Made by a program: the position numbers and the translations under genes. Shown here piece after piece: positions 19,199 to 29,636 of a stretch of 31,768 nucleotides of DNA. Location: positions 1 to 31,768 of the forward strand of contig JAJBTP010000507.1 in the NCBI GenBank assembly GCA_020860805.1. The letters run 5' to 3'. Origin of the DNA: Tannerellaceae bacterium. Its GTDB lineage: Bacteria; Bacteroidota; Bacteroidia; Bacteroidales; Tannerellaceae. Positions within the stretch are counted from its first letter, which is position 1; each line of letters starts with the position of its first letter. Under the pieces are notes generated by a model. It worked only from the letters and a program-made list of their open reading frames with translations, did no database searches and was not told where the DNA came from.

Positions 19199-20713
19199 TT
19201 ATTTATCCCACCACATACGTGTATTCAGGTCATCTGCGCCCTGACGTTGAATTGCCTGTTCAATATTGGCTTTATTTATTGTATACTCTTTGGTTGGATA
19301 AATGAGCCTTCTGGGTATTTTACCTCTGTTGGGGCTGCCGGCAAAGTTTGTTGGAGTTAATACAGGATAGCCTAATCTTCTCCAGTTGGCATAACTTTCG
19401 TATCCGTTCATGAAAGTAGCTACCCAGAATTCAGTACCAATCACGTTTAGTTTATCTTCTGTTGTCTGTGCATTAGCAAATAAATTCTGGCTCAGGTAGT
19501 TATCTATAGCCTCATCGCTGATAATACCACCGGCCCCATATACAGCCTGTTCTTTCATGGAGTTACGAACTGCATTTTCGTAATGCGTGTTGGCATTTCC
19601 GCTAATCCATCCTCTTACTACTGCTTCAGCCTGTAACAGTTCTGTTTCGGCAGACGACATAAATATGGTAGGAGCACTGCGTTGCAGAATGGTATTGGTG
19701 TTGAAATTGGAATATACATTATGATCAGAATAATCCGGTTCTACCTCTGTAATCGAATCGAAGTCATATCCATTCGGTAAACCTCTTTGTTTATCCGGAT
19801 CCGTATCACCATCAGGCAGAGAACAGAAAACAGTCAAACGGGGATCATGGGTTTGTTTCAAATGATCCATGAAAGTTTTACTGATTTTAATTTGTCCCAG
19901 TTCAATGAAGTTATCCATAATAAACCGGGTGGTCACTTGATTTTCTGTTCTGCTTTCACCTTCCAGGGGATTTATCATAGTCATATCTTCCTGTCCGGAC
20001 ATAACACCGCCCTGTAACGCTTCTGTTACCGTTTTCTTTGCTAATTCGGCATCTACTTTAGACATACGCATACCTAACCGGAGTAACATGGAATTTCCGA
20101 ATTTTTTCCATTTTGAAATATCACCATTATAAATAATATCACCTTCTATACCTGGTTTGGATGTATCCAGTAAATTCAACCCGGTTTTTATATCATTGAT
20201 TAATCCTGCGTAGATACTTTGCTGAGAGTCGTAAGCCGGATAATAATTCTGTTCATAATATCCCATACCGGCATCTGTATAAGGAATATCACCGAATAAG
20301 TCCGTCAGACGGTTAAATAAGTAGGCGCCCCAGATATGTGCAACAGCTAAGGTGTTTTCATATTTTTCATCTTCCGATGCAGTTACTTTTAATTCTGCAA
20401 GGTTCTTAATAACCATTCCGTAATTATCATTGAACATAGTTCCGGAAGATTCACTGGGATAGTATTTGTCGCCCGGCATTGTTTCTCTTTGCAGAGTAGC
20501 TGTTTGCTGAACAATCATCATACAGGTACCTACCTGAATGTTTTTACTCACCCCGCCTGTGGTTGGATTCAGGTATAACTGTACATAGGTAAGTAACGGA
20601 CCTGGTTCAATGGAAGTGCTGTTATTCGGGTCTCTGTTAATTTCTTCATATTCGCAGGCAAATAAAAGACTACATAAGAAGAAAACCGATATATTTTTGA
20701 GTCTGTTTTTCAT
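19199..20713 (-). CDS. susD: SusD-like lipoprotein (SusD-like_2 type)
   Basis: Lipobox SLLFA-C; LTDLFGDIPY, KWKKFGNSMLLRLGMR, ESYANWRRLGYP, IPRRLIYP, TRMWWD; downstream of susC. Confidence 0.93.
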   Translation of the reverse strand: MKNRLKNISVFFLCSLLFACEYEEINRDPNNSTSIEPGPLLTYVQLYLNPTTGGVSKNIQVGTCMMIVQQTATLQRETMPGDKYYPSESSGTMFNDNYGMVIKNLAELKVTASEDEKYENTLAVAHIWGAYLFNRLTDLFGDIPYTDAGMGYYEQNYYPAYDSQQSIYAGLINDIKTGLNLLDTSKPGIEGDIIYNGDISKWKKFGNSMLLRLGMRMSKVDAELAKKTVTEALQGGVMSGQEDMTMINPLEGESRTENQVTTRFIMDNFIELGQIKISKTFMDHLKQTHDPRLTVFCSLPDGDTDPDKQRGLPNGYDFDSITEVEPDYSDHNVYSNFNTNTILQRSAPTIFMSSAETELLQAEAVVRGWISGNANTHYENAVRNSMKEQAVYGAGGIISDEAIDNYLSQNLFANAQTTEDKLNVIGTEFWVATFMNGYESYANWRRLGYPVLTPTNFAGSPNRGKIPRRLIYPTKEYTINKANIEQAIQRQGADDLNTRMWWDK

Positions 20714-20725
20714 ATTGATACGTTC

Positions 20726-23700
20726 TTAAAATTTAACATTTAAACTAAATCCCCAGCTACGGGTCGCAGGTAAACTATACATTTCAAGGCCCTGTGCATT
20801 CCCGTTATTAAAAGAAGATTCGGCATCAACTACCGGAACTTTATCGTAAATAGTCCATAAGTTACGTCCTACGACAGATACCTGTAAATCGGCAACTTTA
20901 ATTTTATTGACCAAAGCTTTCGGGAATCTGTATCCGACGGCTAATTCACGCAATTTGATAAACGAGGCATCGTATACGAATTCTTCTGTGATACTATTGG
21001 CTATACCCATATAGTAAGTCATTACATCTACTTCTACATCATTGGGTGTACCATCCTGTTTGACACCTTTACCTACGATTTTGTTTTCTTCACGTCCTTC
21101 CAGCGTATCTTTGTGTTTACCATAGCTGTATACATTGTTGTTGGTACCGGAAAGAATACTTCCTCCGAATTTGGCGTCCAGCAAAATATTCAGGTTGATT
21201 CCTTTGTATTCGAAGTTGTTGCTGAAACCCAATGTCCACGGATGAACGCTTTCCCCGAGTTTAGTTAACTCTCCCCGCATCGGCAATCCGTTTTCATCAT
21301 ATATCTTTTCGCCGTTTTCGTTGCGTAGATACGGATATCCTTTGATGATACCATAGGGTTGGCCTACTTCATGGTAAATATATCCAGGTGCACCATCACC
21401 GTCCTGATAACCGGTACGGCTTTGTTCCAGAATAAATTCTGTAATGTTTTCCGTAATGTATTTAACTTCACTCTTATTGTAGGATAAATTAAAAGAACTG
21501 TTCCATTCAAAATTCCGGGTGCGTACAGGGATTCCTGTCAGTAATAATTCAATACCTCTGTTGGTTACCTCTCCGGCATTAATAAGTACATAGTCAAACC
21601 CGGAAGCAGTAGAAATACCTGCACTTACAATATCATCTTTGGTATTTCTTTGGTAATATGTGAAGTCTATTCCTATCCGGTTCTGTAAGAAACGTGCATC
21701 AAACCCTAATTCATAAGAAAGGGAAGAAAGCGGTTTCAGGTTCAGATTAGGAATGGTTTCCGTATTAATAGACCCGATAGGATAGCTCCCGAAGGATTGA
21801 TTATAACTATAGGTTAATCCCAGGTTATAAGGACCCACGCTTCCTCCTGATTTCGCCCACGAACCTCTTAATTTAAGGAATGGAATCCACTCCGGCATAG
21901 GAATGACTTCGGTTAATATAAGTCCTACTCCTACGGAAGGATAAAATATATGGTTGGGTGTTGTTTTATTTTTGTAAGATAGCGCTGAGAACCAATCATT
22001 ACGGCGCCTGTAACCGTTACGTAAACCATATTCCTGTAAGAAACTTCAGCCTGTCCGAAAACAGAATTAATGTAACTTTCTGAAAAATGTTTTCCTCCCG
22101 AAGTGGTTTCAGTATTGCCCATCGCGTTAAATCCCGGTTGTACGAAGCGGTTACCATTTGCACTGACTCTGTCCCACCAGGTAGCCATTGTATTCCAGCC
22201 AATAAAAGCATCTACCCCCCCAGGTGCTATTAAACAGCTTATTATAGCCTGCAATAGCTTCCACGTTAAACTCACCGTGAAAAGTAGTGGATTCGGAAAT
22301 GCTTCCTTCCGGTGAATACCCTGTACCCATTGGAATGACATCTGTATAACGTCTGGTAATCATATCACCACCGGCTTTTCCTCTGAGGTAAATATTTTCT
22401 GTGAAATCATATTGTGCCTGTAAAGAACCAATCATACGGTCTTTGCGGTCTTTTTGTTCACGTTGATAAGCTACAAAATAAGGATTGGATATCCATCCGC
22501 TGGAGGTAGGAAGAAATTCGCTGCCATCCTCGTTGACTGCCTTTTCGAGTGTACGAATATCCACACTGGTCGGCATAATCCACATATAAGTGTTTCCGTT
22601 AAAGATAAGGTCTCCCAGGTTCGGACGGTTCTGAGCCCGTTCCCGCATATACATAACACTTGCCTGGATAGATAATTTATCAGTTGGTTTTGAGTTCAGG
22701 TTTAATGTAATGTTATTCCGTTCCAGTTTAGAATTGGGATACAGGTCGTTTGCCCGCTGATCACCCAGACTGATTCTGTATTGGGTATCTTTTCCTCCAC
22801 CTGAAATGGATAAGTTGTTACTCAACATCCAGGCATTGTTGTAGAAATTTTTGAAGTTATCTTTTTGTGCTACATACGGCCGGAGTTCTCCATCAAACTG
22901 TTCGACATCCGAACCGTCTAATTTAGCACCCCAGGATAACATACCTGTATTCAGAGGACTAATAGCTCCGGGAACCATACCCATATATCCCTGTCCATAT
23001 TCCCACTGGAAATCTTTATTCTTTACAATAGGATTATCCAGGGTGAAATAACTGTTGTATTCTACGCTGACTTTGCCGGCTGCACCTTTCTTTGTAGTAA
23101 TAACAATGGCACCATTAGCGGCCCGTGAACCGTATAGGGCTGCTGCTGTTCCTCCTTTCAGCACACTCATGCTTTCGATATCTTCACTATTGATGGATGA
23201 AATACCGTCACCACCATCATTACCACCCCATAGACCTGCCTGGCCGTAATCGCTGTTATCAATGGGAATACCGTCCACGATATATAGTGGCTGGTTGTTA
23301 CCGTTCAGCGAACCGTTACCACGAATCGTAATACGGCTGGAACCCATTACTCCTGAACTTGGTTTCACAACATTTACACCTGCTACTTTACCTGTTAATC
23401 CGGTTGCCAGGTTCGTGGTTTTTACCCGGTTCATATCGTCGCCTTTTACTTCGGTAACCGAATAAGCCAGTGCTTTCTTTTCTTTTTTTTGATACCTAAT
23501 GCTGTTACAACGACTTCCTCCATTACCTGTGCATTTTCTCTCATTACAATATGCAAAGGTTGATTGTTTGCAATTCGTACTTCCTGGGTTATGTACCCAA
23601 TGTAACTGAATTGTAACGTAGCGTTTGCCGGAACATTTATTGAAAAATTACCATCCAGGTCGGAAACAACACCGATAGAAGGCTGGTTTTTTACAATAAT

Positions 23701-24151
23701 GTTCACTCCGATAATGGGTTCTCCGAACTGGTCTTTCACTGTTCCGGAAACCGGGATGTTCTGTTGTGTGGTTTCTCTTTTTTCAGGAACAACCTCTGTG
23801 GTTTTGATAAACACCTGCCGGTCGTTTACTACATACGAGTAATTGGTATTCTTAAATACTTCGTCCAGAATCTGGTCGATGGTTCTGTTTTCCATACGAA
23901 CGGCTACCCGTTTGTTGACATCTACTTCCTGTGTGTAAAAGAAAATGTATTCACTTTTCTTTTCAATATTATCAAACAGTTCTTTCATGGTTGCGTTATC
24001 CATATCCAGAGATAGTTTGACGGACTGAGAGTAGGAACTTGCTGCCATCAGGCATTGGGAACCCAGAAAGAACAGGAGTATTATACAATGTATGACTCCA
24101 CTCACTTTATTCCTTCCGGAATAGTTTTTTTCGTTAAGTTGTTTTTTTCAT
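20726..24151 (-). CDS. susC: SusC/RagA TonB-dependent transducer with N-terminal STN domain; four indels
   Basis: STN-like LFDNIEKKSEYIFFY; EEVVVTALGI; plug DIESMSVLKGGTAAALYGSRAANGAIVITTKKG; C-terminal TRSWGFSLNVKF. Junctions at T7 24142-24148 (restores ATG 24151 MKKQLNEKNY), T8 23483-23490, C7 22215-22221 and GCGC 22004-22007. Confidence 0.93.
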
Positions 24152-24203
24152 ACTATCCGAATTAATATAAAAGGTTAGACAATCGTGTTTCTATCGTGTT
24201 AAT

Positions 24204-25426
24204 TTAATGAGGTTTTTTGCTGTTTTGAATATAATAGGTTTCTTCGTTTTCGTCTTTGATTATCCGGATGGGATATAGTTCCTTTAATCCTTCCATTAAC
24301 TGATCAAAGTTTTCTTTCAGATCCAGTTTCCCATTTCCTTGGTATAAGGAAAGAGAAGGATCACAGTGAATCGCTTTTCCGTAAAACCGGGATAGCTTCC
24401 TCATGAGCGCCGGCAGATTGTCCCGGTCACATAATAAATATCCTTCTTTCCAGGAAATATAATTAGAGACATCTACTGTGGATATCGTGGATACATTGTC
24501 ATTGTAAACCAATATCTGATTAGGTAACAGGTTGTTTTCTTCGTTGTTAAGTGTTTTTACCGTAACTGCTCCGGATACCAGTACAACCGTTTGTATATCT
24601 TCTTCGTAAGCAGATACATTTAAAGAGGTTCCGGTTACTTTTACAGTCATTTGTCTGGTATGCACGAAAAAAGGACATTGTTTGTCAGACACTACATCCA
24701 GAAAGACTTCACCATTGACAAATATCTCTCTTTTGTCTGCCGTAAATGTTTCCGGAAAAATTACCTGGCTGCCGGAATTAATGTGCATAGTTGTTCCATC
24801 CGGTAGGGTCAGCCGGGAACGTGCTCCTTTAGGGACCACTAATTGATTGTAGTTTACTTTGTTTTCTTTTACTTTATCCGGGGCGGTTACCAACAGGTCT
24901 GCGTCAACATGGATATCTCCTTCTTCATTCATTTCAATATCGGCTGTTTGTTGGTTCAAAACATATGCCTTCTCACCCCCAACGATTAACTGAATACCTT
25001 TACCTTCTCCGTTTACAGGAGCCATTTCCCGGGCAATGGCAACAATATCTGTTTGTTCCTCTTCTTGCTGTTCCAGGCTGTTCCATTGGTAAAACAGATA
25101 ACTACTAACCAGTAACAATAGGGAGGCTACTGCACTCAATGTATATATATTATAACGGCGTATATGGCTTCGCAGGATTTCTTTGTTTTAACTTCAATGG
25201 CTATCCAGAGGGCATTTTTTTCTTTGACCGTAATGACTTTGTGAGGTTTCTTTACGGTTTCCATGAATGCCCGTGCCTGCTCTAATTCTTTTCCTGAGAG
25301 AAGATCATACTCTACCAGTGTATCCCAATACTTCTCAGTTTCTGGTGTAGGGTTTACTATGGATTGGATAAAATCCTCGTCGTCCAGCAATTCTTTCTCT
25401 TTATATGAAGTATATTTTTTAGTCAT
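24204..25426 (-). CDS. fecR: FecR family anti-sigma factor; frameshift near 25185
   Basis: N-terminal LLDDEDFIQ..W, TM segment SAVASLLLLVSSYLF, FecR motifs LTLPDGTTMHINSGS, VNGEVFLDV, VKVTGTSLNV, ISWKEG. ORFs 25136-25426 and 24204-25139 join with one added base. Confidence 0.9.
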
Positions 25427-26061
25427 ATTTTATTTTTATATTCACTGTTATACCGGCTATCCGTATGTTGGGAAATTTCCCTTATTTTCTGAATAGAACG
25501 GTGTAATAAGTTTCGTACAGATTGATAATTCATTTGCATGAGTTCGCAGATATCCTCGTATGACATACCTTCGGTAAACCGGTAGTAAATAACTTCCCGT
25601 TGCCGTGGAGATAAGGTTTGAAGCATATTCCTGAGATTCCGTTTCGATTCCGTTTCCTGTTCCTGGTCAATGTAACGTTCTTCCACGGAACGTTCCAACG
25701 AAAACACAGGTTCCATAGAATCTATCTGGTAATAGTCCGGGTCTTTATTAAAAACTGCAAACAACCTGTTTTTGAGGGAAACATATAAGTAAACCTTTAC
25801 ATTGGCGACCTCTTTCAGGTTTTTGCGGTTACTATAAATGGTTACAAATACATCCTGTATTGCATCTTTTATGACTTCGTCGATAGAAGTGAAATACAGC
25901 CCGTAATAGAATAAATCCTGAATATTTAATTCATATAGCCGGGCAAACGCATTATTATTCCCTTTGATGAAAGCCGACCAAAGTTCATTATTTAAGGCTG
26001 TATGTTGCGTTTTGTGGACCATGTTGCCTAATGGAGTAGTTTCTTCGGATTTTGCACTCAC
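25423..26061 (-). CDS. ECF-type RNA polymerase sigma-70 factor (alternative start ATG 26022)
   Basis: Region 2 AFARLY...DAIQDVFVTIY and region 4 LSPRQREVIYYRFTEGMSYEDICELM; overlaps the anti-sigma start. Confidence 0.93.
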   Translation of the reverse strand: MSAKSEETTPLGNMVHKTQHTALNNELWSAFIKGNNNAFARLYELNIQDLFYYGLYFTSIDEVIKDAIQDVFVTIYSNRKNLKEVANVKVYLYVSLKNRLFAVFNKDPDYYQIDSMEPVFSLERSVEERYIDQEQETESKRNLRNMLQTLSPRQREVIYYRFTEGMSYEDICELMQMNYQSVRNLLHRSIQKIREISQHTDSRYNSEYKNKI

Positions 26062-26194
26062 TATTTCTGAAAAAAATAGAGGATTAGTGGAATTTTTTTT
26101 GAAATGGTAAGAAAGAAATAGAAATAGTGAAAAGTTTGGGTGGCTACATTTTTACCTTTGGAAGTGATAAGTGGTATTATTATTCTGCTAGTGT

Positions 26195-26605
26195 TTACTC
26201 TCTGTTTTTAGTGATAGGTTCATATTTCAGGAAGCTGGCTTTTTGCTCTATCCGGTTTTTGAAAGCCGGTGCCGGTTTAAAACAAACCCGTTTGATTTGA
26301 ATATCATTTCCGGTAATCTTATCCGGGTCGGTGACCGGATGTTTTAATTCGGCTGAGACTTTAAAAGTACCCAGTCCGTCCAACGTAACCGTATTACCCG
26401 AAGCTAATTGATCAGCAATTACACCAATCAGATTACTGACCATACCGGTTACATCACCCGGAGAAAACGCGCTCAATGTGTTCATGTATTCGGCAATTTC
26501 AGTTAAAGAAATATTGGAGTTGCGAACCAGTGAAATGCTGTAATGTGATTCTCCATCCGGGAAACGTCCGTTTTTTACTTTGTTGATGTTGTATTTCAGT
26601 GACAT
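26195..26605 (-). CDS. Bacteroidetes HU-related (histone-like) DNA-binding protein
   Basis: ISLTEIAE...SPGDVTGMV...LASGNTVTLDGLGTFKVS...IKRVCFKP pattern typical of the Bacteroidetes HU-like paralogue family; 136 aa. Confidence 0.82.
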   Translation of the reverse strand: MSLKYNINKVKNGRFPDGESHYSISLVRNSNISLTEIAEYMNTLSAFSPGDVTGMVSNLIGVIADQLASGNTVTLDGLGTFKVSAELKHPVTDPDKITGNDIQIKRVCFKPAPAFKNRIEQKASFLKYEPITKNRE

Positions 26606-26689
26606 GGTATATAAGTTTTGCGTTTCTAATTAGCGAATACTCTCCGGCTGGCTTCCTATTCCCCTGTAAAGAACCTTTTATCACTTTGC

Positions 26690-26752
26690 CGTAAGTTCTG
26701 GGGATAATTGCGTAGCCCCAGAACCTGTGGCCGTAGCTCCAGATGATAAAGT
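26690..26752. repeat. Degenerate 21-bp tandem repeat (3 copies) containing a 9-bp inverted repeat
   Basis: CGTA starts at 26690, 26711 and 26732; CGTAGCCCCAGA vs CGTAGCTCCAGA; GTTCTGGGG (26695-26703) / CCCCAGAAC (26716-26724). Confidence 0.5.
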
Positions 26753-26830
26753 TAAGCGTTCGTTACCCGGTAAAAAGGTAACCGTTACTAAAGATAAGGA
26801 TTTCTTAAGGAAAAAAAGAGTGAAAGGCTA

Positions 26831-27478
26831 TTATTTATTAAAAAAATAAGCTTCCAACATGCTGCATAGTGTATGGTAAATAGGCAAATGGTATTCCTGA
26901 ATCCGGAATACTTCCTGTGCGGGTACCTGAATGGTAATATCACAAATAGAGTGAAGAGCACTTTTTCTGCTACCGGTAAAGGCAATTGTTTTGATTCCGA
27001 AAGCTTTTGCTGTTTTACAAGCGTTTACTACATTGGCTGAGTTGCCGGAGGTGCTGAGTCCTATTAATACATCTCCGGGTTTGCCGTAACCTATCACTTG
27101 TTGGGCGTATATCATTTCCGGATGTACATCATTCATGAAAGCACTTGTCAGGGACAATTGGCTGACTAAAGATAGGACTGGAATAGCTTGCTGGAGGTTA
27201 CTGATAAAAAAGTCTGCCTCTTCCGGAAAAGTCTCCCGGATTGTTTGTTGCTGTTGTTCTGCTAAAGGGCGTTTTTGTTTGAAACCTTTCATTAGTTCTC
27301 CTACCATATGTTCGGCATCAGCGGCACTGCCACCGTTACCACAAGTCATAATCAGACCTTTGTTACGGTAACAGGTTTGCAGGAGAAGATATGCAGAGAA
27401 TATACTTTCTCTGCATATCGATAGTTCAGGATAATTAGAAAATAAGATTTCGAATTCCTGTTGAGGAGTTGTTTTCAT
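26831..27478 (-). CDS. gmhA: GmhA-like SIS-domain phosphosugar isomerase (sedoheptulose-7-phosphate isomerase family)
   Basis: CGNGGSAADAEHMVGEL, GDVLIGLSTSGNSANV, RIQEYHLPIYH. The H-x3-E and Q-x7-H spacings of GmhA active-site residues are preserved. The symbol denotes family only. Confidence 0.85.
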   Translation of the reverse strand: MKTTPQQEFEILFSNYPELSICRESIFSAYLLLQTCYRNKGLIMTCGNGGSAADAEHMVGELMKGFKQKRPLAEQQQQTIRETFPEEADFFISNLQQAIPVLSLVSQLSLTSAFMNDVHPEMIYAQQVIGYGKPGDVLIGLSTSGNSANVVNACKTAKAFGIKTIAFTGSRKSALHSICDITIQVPAQEVFRIQEYHLPIYHTLCSMLEAYFFNK

Positions 27479-28470
27479 ATTCTTTCAGAATCTAAATTGT
27501 ACGCTCCTACAGATAGGGCTGCATAATCACCAATCTGTTCTCCTAATCCGGCCGGTACGATTTTACATACTTTCCGGGTATGGATAAGGGTTTCTTTTTC
27601 TATTATCTCCTGCATGGATGGCTCTATCAGTTTTTGTGCACGTCCGTAGATGCTTCCCAGAATAATTAGTTCAGGATTCAGTATATCTATTACTATAGAT
27701 AAGGCTTTCCCCAGATACATCCCGCAAAGACTATATATTTCTATGGCAACCGCATCACCTGCCAGGGCTGCTTCCGCAACTGTTTTTGCTGATAAAGAAG
27801 TAAGTTGGCCGGTGTTCCTGCAAAAAGAGTTTTTTTCGCCCATCTGGATTTTTTCCAATACTTTGGTTTGTGTTAATTGTGCAATCCCTCCGCCACTGCA
27901 AAATCCTTCAAATGAGCCGGCTTTACCATATCCAACCGGGCCGTTCTGGGCTAAACGTATGCGCCCTACTTCGCCGGCCATATCATTGGCTCCTACATAT
28001 AATTTCCCATCCAGAATAAGACCACAGCCCATACCGGTACCGAAGGTCAGAAAGAGCATGTTTTTAATTCCTTTGCCGGCTCCGTATTTCCATTCGGCCA
28101 GTGCACAGGCATTGGCATCATTTTGAATATATGTTTTTACTCCCAGCCGCTTTTCAAACAGTCCGGTAATAGGAATGTTATCCCATCCCGGTAAGTTAGG
28201 GGGTGACATGATGATTCCTTTCCGGCTATCCAGAGGGCCACCGCAACTTATTCCTATGGATGAAAGATTTTCAGGTGTAAAACCTGCTTTTGCCAATAGT
28301 TCATTTATGGCAGTAAAAATACGTTCCAGTGTATGTTGGTATCCTTTTGGGGTTTCGGTAGGAAAGGCATGTTTATCTATTAATTCCATTGAATCATCCT
28401 TTCCTTTTTTACCGAGGATGACTGCACATTTTGTGCCGCCGATGTCTATACCTAAAATTATATTTTTCAT
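27475..28470 (-). CDS. ROK family sugar kinase lacking the Cys-rich Zn motif
   Basis: ILGIDIGGT, QNDANACALAEW, FGTGMGCG, AGEVG, NPELIILG; 331 aa, intact. Confidence 0.9.
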   Translation of the reverse strand: MKNIILGIDIGGTKCAVILGKKGKDDSMELIDKHAFPTETPKGYQHTLERIFTAINELLAKAGFTPENLSSIGISCGGPLDSRKGIIMSPPNLPGWDNIPITGLFEKRLGVKTYIQNDANACALAEWKYGAGKGIKNMLFLTFGTGMGCGLILDGKLYVGANDMAGEVGRIRLAQNGPVGYGKAGSFEGFCSGGGIAQLTQTKVLEKIQMGEKNSFCRNTGQLTSLSAKTVAEAALAGDAVAIEIYSLCGMYLGKALSIVIDILNPELIILGSIYGRAQKLIEPSMQEIIEKETLIHTRKVCKIVPAGLGEQIGDYAALSVGAYNLDSERI

Positions 28471-29636
28471 GATTGGGTGGGATTTGATTTATTGGAACGA
28501 ATGAGGTATATAGCTAAGTATAGGATATACAGAAGGCAGGCTCCCATTACTAACATACCTGTCATTAGGCCGTATGAATCTGTAATCAGTGCCATGAGAG
28601 GGGGAATAACTCCACCTCCGCATACACTCATAATCATGAGTCCGGAAAGCTCGTTAGCCCGTTCCGGCAGGTATTGTAATCCGGCAGAAAAGATAAGTGG
28701 GAAGATGGCTGCTGTGCAAAGTCCAATACTGAAAACGGAGATACAACCTCCGAGGAAAGAGTCCATCCGATACATGGAGGCAAATGTCAGGATGGACAGG
28801 AATGCACAATAAAGGAGCATTTTATTACTTTTCATTTTATTCAGGATAAGGGCACTCACGAAACGTCCGGTCATCAGGGCGGCAAAGTAGAGGCTTATTC
28901 CCCGGTTGCTTTCTTCCTGTGAAACACCAAAAAATGATTTCAGGTAATCCGGTATGTTGGTATTCATACCTACGTCGAAACCAACCATCAGGAATGTACC
29001 GCAAACCAGTAATAGTACTTTGCGGTCGCTCAGTAGTTTGATAGTGCTGCTGAAACCGGCTCTTCCGCTGTTTCCTGTTTCACGGATAGGGGTACATTGA
29101 AGCCAGATAATGGTTATTATACTAAGGGTAAGGTATACCCAATATACGATTGTCCAGTTATTAAAATATTCGGCAAAGAAAGTGGCAATAAAAGGTCCGC
29201 CCATTCCGGCAATGGCTTTTACAAACTGGGATAAGGTCAGATTGCGGGATAGTTTGCCGGAGGGTGATACATCCTGCATAAGCGGGTTGGCTGATACCTG
29301 TATGATGGCATTTCCTATACCCATACAAGTAAAAGAGGTTATCATCCCCTGAAAACTGTAACTGATAAGAGGAGTAACCATTCCCATAGCGATGAAGATT
29401 ATTCCCAGGTTAACGGTTCTTTTCTTGCTGTATTTGTCCTGAAAGATTCCTACCGGAACAGATAGCAGGGCGAACCATACAAATGCCATAATCGTAAGCA
29501 GGTGGGTATGTGCGTTTGTTAATCCGAATTCAAGACGGACATAGCTTGTTGCTACACCGACAATATCCGGAAAACCCATTACATAGAATGCCATGAAAAC
29601 GGGCAATACTTTAAACAGATTATTCTGGTTGTTCAT
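28467..29636 (-). CDS. MFS sugar transporter (FucP/NagP-like); probable start ATG 29636
   Basis: About 12 hydrophobic segments; FYVMGFPDIVG, IIQVSANPL, LSQFVKAIAG, GRFVSA, AIFPLIFS, GGGVIPPLM. Confidence 0.88.
   Translation of the reverse strand: MNNQNNLFKVLPVFMAFYVMGFPDIVGVATSYVRLEFGLTNAHTHLLTIMAFVWFALLSVPVGIFQDKYSKKRTVNLGIIFIAMGMVTPLISYSFQGMITSFTCMGIGNAIIQVSANPLMQDVSPSGKLSRNLTLSQFVKAIAGMGGPFIATFFAEYFNNWTIVYWVYLTLSIITIIWLQCTPIRETGNSGRAGFSSTIKLLSDRKVLLLVCGTFLMVGFDVGMNTNIPDYLKSFFGVSQEESNRGISLYFAALMTGRFVSALILNKMKSNKMLLYCAFLSILTFASMYRMDSFLGGCISVFSIGLCTAAIFPLIFSAGLQYLPERANELSGLMIMSVCGGGVIPPLMALITDSYGLMTGMLVMGACLLYILYLAIYLIRSNKSNPTQS

Noticed and set aside
23483-23490. A8 tract in the second susC as a dedicated phase-variation switch
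   Set aside because: Cannot be distinguished from the many other homopolymer indels, and the same gene has three further breaks.
24105-24260. Promoter for a cis-antisense sRNA at the anti-sigma/susC junction
   Set aside because: No TAnnTTTG match was found on the + strand in this interval, so there is no sequence support.
1005-25426. Treating split ORFs as separate small genes or as programmed ribosomal frameshifts
   Set aside because: Each pair joins into one full-length family member with a 1-2 nt fix at a simple repeat, and the breaks affect many unrelated families.
26153-26160. TACCTTTG (-7-like box) on the + strand, antisense to the HU-like gene
   Set aside because: The nearest upstream TTTG is only 14 nt away, shorter than the usual spacing, and there is no gene to drive.
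26831-27478. Reading the SIS gene as evidence of an LPS or capsule heptose biosynthesis locus
   Set aside because: No kinase/phosphatase/nucleotidyltransferase of the hld/hdd type, nor any glycosyltransferase, is in the window; the neighbours are an importer and a hydrolase.
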